Numbered from the whole stretch's first letter, positions 35,321 to 48,532 are shown. The stretch: 63,842 nt of DNA, filler included, from Octopus bimaculoides (GCF_001194135.2; 9 parts of 8 records of this genome joined end to end with filler, not necessarily neighbours in it), one strand, 5' to 3'. Translations and numbers: made by a program. Notes: generated by a model from the letters alone, not told the origin.

Positions 35321-36668
35321 TGGGTGGATGGTAGTGAGATAAGAAAGATAAGTTTGTTTGGAAGACTGATTGATTTAAGGAACATCTGCTGGACACAGTA
35401 TACAATAGGAATGGATCTCAAAAGCCTGTTGCACATTTTGTGGCTCCCACAGTCATTGNNNNNNNNNNNNNNNNNNNNNNNNNNNNNNNNNNNNNNNNNN
35501 NNTTAATTAATTAANNNNNNNNNNNNNNNNNNNNNNNNNNNNNNNNNNNNNNNNNNNNTAAGTTAATGGTATAACATTTAAAATTTTATTTAAACTAACG
35601 ATTCGATTAGATAAGATTTGTATTTCTTTTCAATAATTTTGTTAAATGTTTTTCTTTTATTTATCGGTGATATAATTATTTTATATAATTTAATTTATAT
35701 AAATTAAGTTTTGCTAGTTTATATTATAATAAACGTAAAGTTAATAATATAATGTTTATAATTTTAGTTTCACCTAAATCTTCGTTTCAATTATATTTTA
35801 AACGAAAGATTCGTTAAGATAAACTTTACATTTAATAATTCTGTTAGTTTATATTTTAATAGACGCAAAATAAATAATGTTACGTTTATAATTTTCGATA
35901 GAATAAGTACTACATTTATTTTTAATAATATTTTTTAGCATTTTTCGATCTTGATATAATAAGTATTTTTATATAAATTCATTTCTTATTTGTTGTTGGT
36001 TGATATATATATATATTCATTTTATTACTATTATTGTAGTATTTTGACTCGAGGATTAGCTATATTTTTGAATAGAATTGATTTTCGATCGATTTAATCG
36101 ATTTGATTATATGTTATTTTCATTTTGAAAATTTGGTTATGAAACACGTGTAGTCGTTTTATTATTTTATGATTAATACTTTGTATTTTATTATAGTACT
36201 TTTTAGTGTATTTACTTATATAATTTTCTATATGAGACTGGATTTTCATGGATAAGTTCATGAACTTAGGTCCCTTTCTCTAAATTATATATATATATAT
36301 CGATAAGTATGTATGTATGTATGTATGTATGTATGTGTGTATGTATTATAGTAGAGCTAGAGATTGGAATAACCGTCTAAGGGATAAACATCTCCGATAT
36401 ACTACCGAAAGAATTACTTATGTTAACCCTGGACATATATATGCAAGCATATTATGTTCATAGGTTACAAGCAATGACAAAGATAAACTTGAGTTTATTA
36501 GGAATCAGACTGAATGCAAACAGAAAATGGAGAAATATTGATCAACAACAATTAACTAACATCTATTATTACTTTTTACCAATTGATGTCAGTCAATTGT
36601 TGTTGATCAATATTTGTCCATTTTCTGTTTACTTTATATATACATACACACATGTATCTATATGTATG

Positions 36669-36699
<31 letters not shown>

Positions 36700-38337
36700 A
36701 TATGTATCTGTATAGGTGCAGGTGTTGTGTGGTGAGAAGCTTACGCCCCAGCTACATTGCTCCGGTTTGTGTCCTACTAGGTAGCATCCTGGGTAAGTAT
36801 CTTCTAGTATAACCTCGGGACGACGAACGTTTTGTGCGTGGATTTGGTAGACGTAAACTGACTGGGGTCGAACTTCTGACAACACACCATAACTGCCCAT
36901 TGGATTGCTCAGCAAAATTAAACAATATAATTAATTTGATTATTTCAAATATTTTTTAGGCAGGATGTATCTAAATCTACACTAATCAATGTGTCCTTCC
37001 TGATTTAAAACCTTTAGGTAGTCATTTGAAAAGAATATTTGGCTGTTATTTTGTGCAGTTAAAGAGCCAAGGCACAGTCTCTATCGAACTGTAAATGTTT
37101 ATGTTAGCGGTGAAGCTAGTTACAGTAAACGATTTGGCCCATCTGCGTGACACTAATAGTAACGGAAACCCGAATAATGCAACATAATCCCGAAGCATAC
37201 ATTTAATAACTTTATTATAAGATGAGATTAGACGGCTATCAATGTAAACCCACGATTTATTTTAGTGTTATGCACTACTAAAGAAATTTAGCAATTAACT
37301 TTCGAATTTCCTTAGAAAAATAAGTTGGATTAATTTCCTTTTAAATTATATTTTCTTATAATTATTTAAGAAAAGAAATGGAAAANNNNNNNNNNNNNNN
37401 NNNNNNNNNNNNNNNNNNNNNNNNNNNNNNNNNNNNNNNNNNNNNNNNNNNNNNNNNNNNNNNNNNNNNNNNNNNNNNNNNNNNNNNNNNNNNNNNNNNN
37501 NNNNNNNNNNNNNNNNNNNNNNNNNNNNNNNNNNNNNNNNNNNNNNNNNNNNNNNNNNNNNNNNNNNNNNNNNNNNNNNNNNNNNNNNNNNNNNNNNNNN
37601 NNNNNNNNNNNNNNNNNNNNNNNNNNNNNNNNNNNNNNNNNNNNNNNNNNNNNNNNNNNNNNNNNNNNNNNNNNNNNNNNNNNNNNNNNNNNNNNNNNNN
37701 NNNNNNNNNNNNNNNNNNNNNNNNNNNNNNNNNNNNNNNNNNNNNNNNNNNNNNNNNNNNNNNNNNNNNNNNNNNNNNNNNNNNNNNNNNNNNNNNNNNN
37801 NNNNNNNNNNNNNNNNNNNNNNNNNNNNNNNNNNNNNNNNNNNNNNNNNNNNNNNNNNNNNNNNNNNNNNNNNNNNNNNNNNNNNNNNNNNNNNNNNNNN
37901 NNNNNNNNNNNNNNNNNNNNNNNNNNNNNNNNNNNNNNNNNNNNNNNNNNNNNNNNNNNNNNNNNNNNNNNNNNNNNNNNNNNNNNNNNNNNNNNNNNNN
38001 NNNNNNNNNNNNNNNNNNNNNNNNNNNNNNNNNNNNNNNNNNNNNNNNNNNNNNNNNNNNNNNNNNNNNNNNNNNNNNNNNNNNNNNNNNNNNNNNNNNN
38101 NNNNNNNNNNNNNNNNNNNNNNNNNNNNNNNNNNNNNNNNNNNNNNNNNNNNNNNNNNNNNNNNNNNNNNNNNNNNNNNNNNNNNNNNNNNNNNNNNNNN
38201 NNNNNNNNNNNNNNNNNNNNNNNNNNNNNNNNNNNNNNNNNNNNNNNNNNNNNNNNNNNNNNNNNNNNNNNNNNNNNNNNNNNNNNNNNNNNNNNNNNNN
38301 NNNNNNNNNNNNNNNNNNNNNNNNNNNNNNNNNNNNN

Positions 38338-38368
<31 letters not shown>

Positions 38369-38929
38369 TAAATATAAATATATATGTATATACGCTTGTA
38401 TAAATACATACATGCATATATGCATATACTTACATATAGGTATACATAAAGGTGCATCCCCTACCACACACAGATATATGAGTGTGTAGTTCTGTTTGCC
38501 TCTGTAGAAGAGTATCAAGTTGGCCCTTGATATCAAAACTTTTAAAATAGCAGTTCGATATTAAGAGATCTATGAAATGTGTTTCAGCAAATATCTACCG
38601 GGTTCGTTAAGATTGTCTAAACAACTCAAAACTAGAGTCGCAAAACAGTGACTGAATTCAGTAGAAATATGGTAGGGGTGGTGAGAATTTATGTAATACT
38701 TGTACTACTTATTGCCCAAGTAAGAATAAAATAGACAATCCGAGCAAGTGTTGCTGCTACTACTTTTACTACCACTCTTACAGTTATAGCTAATGCTGAA
38801 GTACCTGTTGTTGCTGCTGCTGTGACTACTACTGCTCTTACTAGTGCTATATCTGCTGCCACTGAAGTAGGTAAAATAGTACAGCATAGAGCAGTAGCAA
38901 AACAACAATAAGAGAAATAATTGCTTTGA

Positions 38930-39285
38930 ATGTTGGCAAAGGGCGAGCAATTTTAAAAGAACAGTAAGTCGGTTACACCGACCACAGTATTCATCTGGTA
39001 CTTACTTTATCGTCGCCCAGGTGATGAATAGCAAAGTCAACCTCGGCAAAAATTGAAACAACAGTTGCAATAATCCTTCCTACTAAAGGCACAAGACCTG
39101 CAATTTTGGAGGTTGGGCTAATCGATTATATCGACCCCTGTGTGTACCTGGTACTTATTTTATCGACTACTAAATGGGATGAAAGGCAAGTTTGATCTCG
39201 CTGGAATTTGAAATCAGAACATAAAGACAGATAAAATGCCGCTAAACATTTTCCCCACCTTGCTAACTATTCTGCTAGCTCGCCG
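38930..39285 (-). mobile_element. Two adjacent family B SINE copies
   Basis: Repeated TACTAAAGGCACAAG, GTACTTATTTTATCGAC and GAATTTGAAATCAGAAC motifs. Confidence 0.75.
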
Positions 39286-40061
39286 TTTGAAAGGAGAGAA
39301 GTAATAATAAGAGCAGTAAGAAATAAACAAAAACAATAATGACTTCAACAACAACAACAATATTAGCATGAATACCAACAATACCTCAACATCAACAACA
39401 ATAACAAAAGTAACGAAACCAATAGCAGCAGCAATAAACACAAGAAAAATAGTTATAACTATAGCAGAATGAGCTGTAGTATTAACTGTTACAATGAATA
39501 GAAATCAAATATGGAAGGCCGTAAGATATATATATTTCAATATTTATAAACCATTTTTAAAGGCTGTTCATTTCTGCTTGAGATATACTAAGAGGATGTA
39601 AATATAATCTAGAATTTCGTCTAAATACGTTTTTACCAACTGCAATTCAAATATATTATCATCGAAATATGCTGCCTTTCCTTTATATTCTTTCTTTTTC
39701 CATTTTGTCTGCTACGTTTCCTTTAGATCTTAGAATAATATTCTACTGAGTATGGTTTAGTCCAACAATCGTTTGGCTGCTGTCGTTATTATTGTTGGCA
39801 TTAACGTTGCTGCTGCTGTTGTTGTTATTGTTGTTGTCACTATATATTACTCCTATTGAAATGCGTAACTAACATTCAGAAGCTGTTGGATGCAATAGAA
39901 GAAGAGCGTCATATTGAAATATGGAATCCAAGTATAGATTCGATACGGTCCTAACCCCGCAGAAAGCAAGAAAAAATTTCTTCACTCCATAAACAGAAAG
40001 ATTGCCGAAAATACACGCAGTTGTTCAATAAATATATTCATTAGTTCTGTGTAGTCTTTTG

Positions 40062-40112
40062 ATGATGATGATGATGATGATAATGATGATAATGACGATG
40101 AAGATGATGATG

Positions 40113-40170
<58 letters not shown>

Positions 40171-40325
40171 GGATAATAATGATAATAATAATTTTTATCG
40201 TTAGGATGATATTATTCAGTACTTCTATAAAAGAGAAATCGCTAGTTGAATAAAACATTGAGCGAAAGACGCATCGGTCATCGATTTACATCCACTGCGA
40301 ACGTTTCATTCTTCTTCTTCTTCTT

Positions 40326-40393
<68 letters not shown>

Positions 40394-40403
40394 CATTATT
40401 ATT

Positions 40404-40497
<94 letters not shown>
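40062..40497. repeat. Compound GAT/AAT and TTC/TTA/TCA trinucleotide arrays
   Basis: Visible triplet runs. Confidence 0.95.
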
Positions 40498-40862
40498 GTC
40501 AAGACGAAGAGTACGATTCGATTGTAAGATATCTTATTAGTTGAGCGATATTTCAACAGTAGGACTGTCTTTGTCAAGTTCGAAATAAGAAGTGTTAAAA
40601 ATTCAAAATTACAGAAATTTAAACGTAAAGTATGAACGAGAGCAACCAGCGCCCCCTCGTTGATGGAATGACATCATCAGTTCTTAAGTTATAATTTTAT
40701 AACAGGCGAAAACAAAAAGACAGAAAAAAATAGAAAAAAGAAGATTGCTGAAAATAATTACTCAAATACGAAAACTTTTATAACGATTTTTATTTAAATA
40801 AAGAACGATTAAACGAAATACATAAATACNNNNNNNNNNNNNNNNNNNNNNNNNNNNNNNNN

Positions 40863-40897
<35 letters not shown>

Positions 40898-42138
40898 AGG
40901 TTTAGCCAAGTACCGGTTTCAACTGTTATTTTATATATTCAAATTTCGTTAGTCAAAGTGTTTTTTTCTCTTTGTTTTTTTATTATAGTACTTGTTGAAT
41001 TTGTAAATAATTTCATGCTTTACTCCACAACGAGTGAAAATAAGATAAATAAGTGTGAGTCTGTGTTTGTGTACGTTGGAAGAATGTGACTGGCTATATG
41101 TTAGTCTGTGTGAATATTTTGTTTTATTATGGCGATTCGTTACCGAATATGCGAGCAGTTAGACTAAACGTTAAGTTAGATTAGTCCCTAAACACGAAAC
41201 TTTATTTCCGAAAGCAATTCTCCTTTAACACAGAAAGGATTCATGTCGCTAAGATATGTAGTCTGGCAGACAACTATTTTATATTTACTCACACAAACTG
41301 TGCACAGGCATACCTACATACATACATACATACATTCGAAATGTATGCATGTGTGCGTGTGTGTGTGCGTACAGGCAGAGGAATATAGAAATTGATATAT
41401 TTCAATTTAAATGGAATTGATCTAGAAACTTACAGCATCCTTATCATTCCAGGACAATCTTAGCGAATACACGAAATTCGAAACAATAACTTTAAAATAG
41501 TATGTGTTTGTGAGTGTCTGGTGTTTACAAACTATATAGATCACATTTAAACATCAATTTTTTTAAGGTATTTGCGTGTGTGAATGCGGGTGTATACGTG
41601 TCTGTAATTTTATTAAAAACACATGTTTTGCACGGCATTATGCCAGTATGTTAAATATTTTAAAAACGTGTAATGTTTAATATAAGATATTATGTTAATC
41701 GTCATTTTGTAGCATATTGTAAATGAATGATATATAACTTTATTTCCCAATTTGAAATGTGAATTTATGTTTAAACACTGTATGTAAATCTCAAGTATTT
41801 TAATTCAATATGAGTATAGTACGCTTTGAAAGGGAAATATAAACAGATAAACAATACTCTGAGACGTACACGATGATATATCTCAGAAGAAGGATAATAT
41901 TTTCACACACACACACACAAACACGTTCGTTTATGTGTATATGTACATGTCATTTTGTATGTATATATATATATATATAGATATTTCTGCGTTTGTGTGT
42001 CTGCATGCTTGCATGGGTGGGTCAGCTGTTTTGTATATGTGTAAGATCAAAAATGAGATTCTAGAGACAGTATAAAGTATTGTATGCATGCATAGATATA
42101 TGCATTTACATATCGATATATAATTAAATATATATATG

Positions 42139-42179
<41 letters not shown>

Positions 42180-42451
42180 ATCACATTCACACATACATAT
42201 ATAGACATGTATTCGTATATATATGCATATGTACATACATACTTGCATATATGTACACATATATGCATATTTATACATACACATATATAAATACTTGCAT
42301 ATATATGTATATATATGTATATATATGTATATATATATATATGTATATATANNNNNNNNNNNNNNNNNNNNNNNNNNNNNNNNNNNNNNNNNNNNTTAAT
42401 TAATTAANNNNNNNNNNNNNNNNNNNNNNNNNNNNNNNNNNNNNNNNNNNN

Positions 42452-42497
<46 letters not shown>

Positions 42498-42519
42498 TGC
42501 ATGTATGTATATATGCGAT

Positions 42520-42670
42520 GAACTTCTTTCAGTTTCCGTCCACCATTCCACTCTCAAGGCTTTGATTGACCTGGGGCTAAAGTAGAAGATACTTGCCCGA
42601 GATGCTACGCTGTGGAACCGAACCCGAAACCATGTGGCTGCGAAGCAAACTTCTTACCACACAGCCATGC
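42520..42670 (-). mobile_element. SINE family A head
   Basis: TTCTTTCAGTTTCCGTC...GAACCCGAAACCATGTGG...CTTACCACACAGCCATG. Confidence 0.8.
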
Positions 42671-43189
42671 CTATATGCATATATATGAAATATTTCATTT
42701 TTAACGGTGGAACTCGAAGTAGATAAAGCTATAAGTAAAAAAGTCGAAGGTTGGACATGGGACTTGAACCCATATCTTCTGTAAACGATACAGACATTCA
42801 TCCATTGAACCAAAGCAATTCTTTGAATTTCTCCTTCCAATTTAGAAGCTTTGTTCTTACCAGTGAGAATTGTATGTTGTTTACTTTATAGGAATTTAGA
42901 ACGTTCGAGAGAGATGTGAAATAAATGGTTTTTAACAGTGGAAATCAAAGCTTCTAAATGTTTATGACATAAACAACATCAGTTCTCTAACTGCTGCACT
43001 TTCCCCTCTCTATTCAATGGTGCACCCTCAGATTTACAGCGATACACTTATTCTGAAAGTCCACTTTGGCACTATTACAAATTAGTGACCACCCAGGATA
43101 TTCTGAAGCGCCTCCAGGCACCAAAGGCTGGCGACGGGCCTGAGGATAACCCTGACAAAACTATGATGAAAAAACTTTCATCATAGGTG

Positions 43190-43330
43190 CTGGCATGGCT
43201 GTGTGGCTAAGAAGCTCACACGTGATTTTAGGTTCAGTTCCATTACACGGCACCTGGGACAAGTATCTTCTAACATAGCCCTGGGCTGACCAATGCCTTG
43301 TGGGTCAATTTGGTGGACGGAAACCATCTG
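43190..43330 (+). mobile_element. SINE family A head
   Basis: GGCATGGCTGTGTGGCTAAG...GGTTCAGTTCC...GGACAAGTATCTTCT. Confidence 0.75.
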
Positions 43331-43340
43331 GACACCGATC

Positions 43341-43371
<31 letters not shown>

Positions 43372-44960
43372 TGTATTATGTATGTATGTAGATGTGTGTA
43401 TGTATGTATGCATGTGTAGTGAAACTACCTATCGCCATTAGATACAAAACTACTATCGCCATTCTTCTCATTTAAATATAAACAAACGCGAACGTAGCGG
43501 AAAACATTAACCTTGTCATCACGTGACTGATCATTATTCGAATCGGTAACTTCNNNNNNNNNNNNNNNNNNNNNNNNNNNNNNNNNNNNNNNNNNNNNNN
43601 NNNNNNNNNNNNNNNNNNNNNNNNNNNNNNNNNNNNNNNNNNNNNNNNNNNNNNNNNNNNNNNNNNNNNNNNNNNNNNNNNNNNNNNNNNNNNNNNNNNN
43701 NNNNNNNNNNNNNNNNNNNNNNNNNNNNNNNNNNNNNNNNNNNNNNNNNNNNNNNNNNNNNNNNNNNNNNNNNNNNNNNNNNNNNNNNNNNNNNNNNNNN
43801 NNNNNNNNNNNNNNNNNNNNNNNNNNNNNNNNNNNNNNNNNNNNNNNNNNNNNNNNNNNNNNNNNNNNNNNNNNNNNNNNNNNNNNNNNNNNNNNNNNNN
43901 NNNNNNNNNNNNNNNNNNNNNNNNNNNNNNNNNNNNNNNNNNNNNNNNNNNNNNNNNNNNNNNNNNNNNNNNNNNNNNNNNNNNNNNNNNNNNNNNNNNN
44001 NNNNNNNNNTGCCACACTCAGCCTCCCCTCACTTCACATACAGACTCATACTATTGGGTACACAAGAACTGGTATAATTGCACACGTGTTACTGACTCTT
44101 TCTATATGCTGTAATATCTCACATACACATACATGTATCACTCACATACACACTTTTCTTTGTATGACGGCCTGTCTTTGATTATGTTCTTATATGTCGC
44201 ATTCACACTCTCACACAGACATACATCTTTAACGCTTCAATAAATATCTCTGTTATACATCTTATACGGTTGTGGTCTTTCATTACTGGTCACATATGTT
44301 ATCGTCGTATAACATATTTGTATATCATCCTCTGATATATATATTTTGTGTTCGACTGTGCGACGCGTTCAAATAAAAGGAGTGCTCTGTTTTTCCATTC
44401 GTCACCATTTCTCCTTTTTTGAGTACACACGGTCGTTCCTTACACATGCATGCCTCTGTGTGTGTGTGTGTGTGTGCGTGCGTACTTTCGTTCTCACCCA
44501 CCGTTTGACAACTGATGTTGGTTTGTTCATGTCGCCATAATCTCGCGGTTCTTCAAAAGAATCTGATAGAAAAAATACCAGCCTTAAAAATAAATACTTG
44601 AGATCATTTTGTTTGACTAAAACTCTTTGAGATGGTACCCCAGCATAGCTACAGTCCAATGACCGAAACAAAAAGATCTTTTTTATCCATACTGTTTCGT
44701 CTTTCTGTTTATTACTACGTATCTAAGGCTACATTATCCAAAATATTTCTCCCTTTACAACATAGCAGCATGTCATTTTAAGAAGACCCATTAACAATAG
44801 CAGCCAATTTTTATTTTTTAAAATGAAGTTGATTTTCTAACAGTTTGGCTCGACCGGACGTTTTACCACACAAAAATCACAAGTTGACTGAGCACAAAAT
44901 CCAATTTTAGTTCAATCAACAGCTGTTGTTCATGTGATCGTCTGGCAGCATGACTAGAAC

Positions 44961-45362
44961 CAGGCACGTGCCGTCAGTAATTATTCAGGGTAGGCAAGTT
45001 GGTAACCTTTTTGTAGTAAAACACACAAAAACAAGCAAAACACAGACGCGCGACTGAGTTACAACTCAGTCGCGCGTCTGTGATTTAAATCTGCCTTTAT
45101 AGCACGTAAAGAAAACGTTGTCGTAGGAATGTACGTGACACGTGTACTATAGCAGTACTATTCGTAGCTTAACTTCTGAGATTGAAATGCAGGGACGAAT
45201 TATGCCTACCTAATCTACATAAAAATAAGATAGTTTGCATTTTATGCATAGTAATCAGAGTAACCTTTATAATTTTATTGAATTAGGTGCATATTTTGCT
45301 CTCGATCTATTTTATTCTAGGTAGGCACTGCCTACCTTGCCTGCCTAGATGGCACATCCATG
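44961..45362. mobile_element. MITE with CAGGCACGTGCCGTCAG-type TIR and an internal perfect hairpin
   Basis: Left CAGGCACGTGCCGTCAG, right degenerate CTAGATGGCACATCCATG, with GGGTAGGCA/TGCCTACC sub-terminal motifs; TSD not convincing. Confidence 0.5.
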
Positions 45363-45616
45363 GCTGTAACCTTCCGTGAACACAGCCCACAAATACAGCT
45401 CAATTAAGTACCAAAACACCACAGCAACAAGAATATATGTTGATGTGTAAAAATTAACACAAATGTTGAATTTCTGACGAAGACTTTCTACACTTGTCAT
45501 ATACATCGTTTCATCTGAATATTCCTTTTCTTGTATTGCATAAATACTTTCCATATTAATGTAACAACCTCCTTCCGACCATGTTACAATTTCTTATGTA
45601 TTTCTTCGAATTACAG

Positions 45617-45739
45617 CTTGACTATGCCCAAATACAAACACTAATGAATGAAAATACAGAACTTGGGAAAGAACTGGCAAAACACAAAGAGGCTAGTAAA
45701 GACTACTACTACTTGAAAGAGCAAGTAAGGCAATTAAAA
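45617..45739 (+). CDS. Candidate 123-nt phase 0-0 exon encoding a coiled-coil-like peptide
   Basis: TATTTCTTCGAATTACAG| ... AAA|GTAAGT; LDYAQIQTLMNENTELGKELAKHKEASKDYYYLKEQVRQLK (41 codons, no stop). Confidence 0.55.
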
Positions 45740-45984
45740 GTAAGTAAATACCAGTCATAACAAACAACTTTCTATATATACTACAGATCTAATGTTGTGT
45801 GTTTCTTTTTCGGATATATGAAATACTGACCGATTATATATNNNNNNNNNNNNNNNNNNNNNNNNNNNNNNNNNNNNNNNNNNNNTTAATTAATTAANNN
45901 NNNNNNNNNNNNNNNNNNNNNNNNNNNNNNNNNNNNNNNNNATATATATATACATACATACATATATATATATATTTCTCGTTA

Positions 45985-46016
<32 letters not shown>

Positions 46017-46630
46017 AAAGAGCAACTGTGTTGTATTCTGAATATGAACCATTGCCTGAAAATACGCGGCACGCTATACATGCTCCCCCCAAGTATTCTA
46101 TCTTCAGAGGTACGAAACGAATTCAAGCTCGCATTTAAATCCTCTGTATATTAAATTATACATACATACATGTATATGTGTGTGTGTGTGTGTTTTTGTG
46201 CATGTGTGTGTGCGTGTGTGTGTGTGTGTGTGTGTGCGTGCGTGTATGTATGTATGCACATATATATATACATACACACATGCGACACACATACGTCTAT
46301 ATATACACAGACACAGACATATATATTCGTGTATGTACATACATATGAGTATGTGCAAATACGTTTCTATGCGTGCAAGCGGTGTGTTGATGTGTTAAGT
46401 TCCTTCCTCTTTATAACGGCCTCGATCGGTGCTAGCGCCAATATCTTTTCAAAGTAATTCCACATGGTGCCTTACCGAAGTTCTTCAATACCATAAACAT
46501 CCAGAGTTTAACTTGAAGCTGCAGGAACAAATTGGATCTGTTGAGAACATCTGGAAATATAGCAACTTTCGTAAATTGGTTTTTTTCAACAACGGAAATA
46601 GTTCTGAGTCTCTCTCTCTCTCTCTCTCTT

Positions 46631-46739
<109 letters not shown>

Positions 46740-47015
46740 ATATATATATGAGTTTGAGTGTGTGTGTGTGTGTGTGTACAAGGTGATGCGTAACTTTTTA
46801 AATTCTACTTTGTGAGAACATACTTGCATTAGATCAAAGCTTACTGTTTAGCGTGTGTTTGTGTGTGTTTGTGTGTGTTTGTGTGTGTTTGTGTGTGTTT
46901 GTGCGTGCGTGTTTGTGTGTTTGTATGAATACACACACACACATTTATGTATTGTACATGAGTATACTGTATATATGTATGTATACACACATACACACAC
47001 ACACTNNNNNNNNNN

Positions 47016-47050
<35 letters not shown>

Positions 47051-47508
47051 TAACATTATCCAATGAATATTTCCCTTGTTGTTTGCTTATTTATTTATTT
47101 ATTTATTTATTTATTTTTGTTTCTTTAAAGACAGCAAATGTGTTATTTCAATTTGAATTGGTTGCTACTTTTAGCATGGCAAATGACCACATAGAGACTG
47201 CCTTATCGCTCTATCGCTTTTGCTGCTATTGTTGCTGTAATCAATGCTGATGAACGGTTTGCTATTGCCTACAAAATTGTTGTTGATGTTGTTATTGTGA
47301 CTCTGGCCATACCCAATTTATAATCATCATCATCGTTGTTGTTGCTTAACCCAAGGTCATCCTAACCAATCAGAAATCAAAACCAACATGCCATTTCTAT
47401 TTTTTTTTTCTTTTTTACCAGATTCGTCCTACAGTTCCTCCTTAGGACAGAAAGTACATTACGAAGATTTAACTGTTGTTTCTAGCACTTCGTAGATATC
47501 AGATAGAC

Positions 47509-48210
47509 CAGTGGTTCTCAACCGGTTCTATATGGCCCCTGAGGATCCATGTAAGAATTTTGGGGGGTTCACACAACAAAAGAGTAAATAGGGGATCTAC
47601 AATAGCATTTTTAGGGCCCCTGAAAATTTTTTAATTGTAGATGTATGTACAGTAATGCCTCGATTATCGCGGGTGTTACGTTCCAAAACACCCCGCGATA
47701 AGTGAAAATCCGCGAAGTAGAAACAGTACTGTACTGCATTTTTTAAAAGTTATTTTTATAAAAAGTTAAAGAAGTGATATTAAATTCTCAAACGCAGGAT
47801 AATGCTAATAATATATAGCCTGAACAGGATAGACTACCCCTATTTTGCAGAAAAAAGTGTAGGCGGCCAGCATAATTTTTATATATTTTATTATAAATGC
47901 AAAACAACACCACAGAGGAATTGACGTAAGCTTAAATAGTAAACCGCGATGGGTGAACCGTTTTAGGCGAACCGCGATACGGGGAGGGATTACTGCATTG
48001 GTTATGTATTGCATGAAACAGCCAGGTTTTTTTTCTCTCCGACATTTTAAATAGATCTACCTACACAAGTTAATGTGTGAATAACAAAATAGGAATTTTG
48101 AAAGAAGTTTCTTCAAAACTGTTTTTAAACATCGAATGGCTTTGGGGGGTCCACCAGAATAAAATAGTAATCAAAGGGGCCCTTAAGTAAAGAGCGGTTG
48201 CGAACCCCTC
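47509..48210. mobile_element. hAT/Charlie MITE with TIRs and a degenerate 8-bp TSD
   Basis: CAGTGGTTCTCAACC ... GGTTGCGAACCCCTC; flanks AGATAGAC and AGACAGTC (6/8 identical, central TA in the left copy). Confidence 0.85.
47650..47995. mobile_element. Tigger/pogo-like MITE nested in the hAT MITE
   Basis: TA|CAGTAATGCCTCGATTATCGCGG ... CCGCGATACGGGGAGGGATTACTG. Confidence 0.85.
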
Positions 48211-48433
48211 AGACAGTCCCTCGTTGGCTCCCCTGTTTGTTGCGTTGTTGTTGTTGTTGTTGTTGTTACTGCTCCTGTTGTTGTTGCCGTTGGTGTTTGA
48301 AAGAGCCTACGCCCATCCTGTCCCCTATTCTTCGCCTATAATACGGTGTCTTTTATTTGCTGCAGGGCGTATGGTGCAATAATGCACATGGTGCAGACGC
48401 AATGTAAATGCCTCCTCTCTTTCTCTCTTTCAT

Positions 48434-48439
<6 letters not shown>

Positions 48440-48486
<47 letters not shown>

Positions 48487-48498
48487 TACATACATATA

Positions 48499-48532
<34 letters not shown>

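Noticed and set aside
35559-36240. Identification as a hypermutated piggyBac transposase
   Set aside because: Motif matches needed too many assumed changes and the spacing did not fit; kept only as a compositional anomaly.
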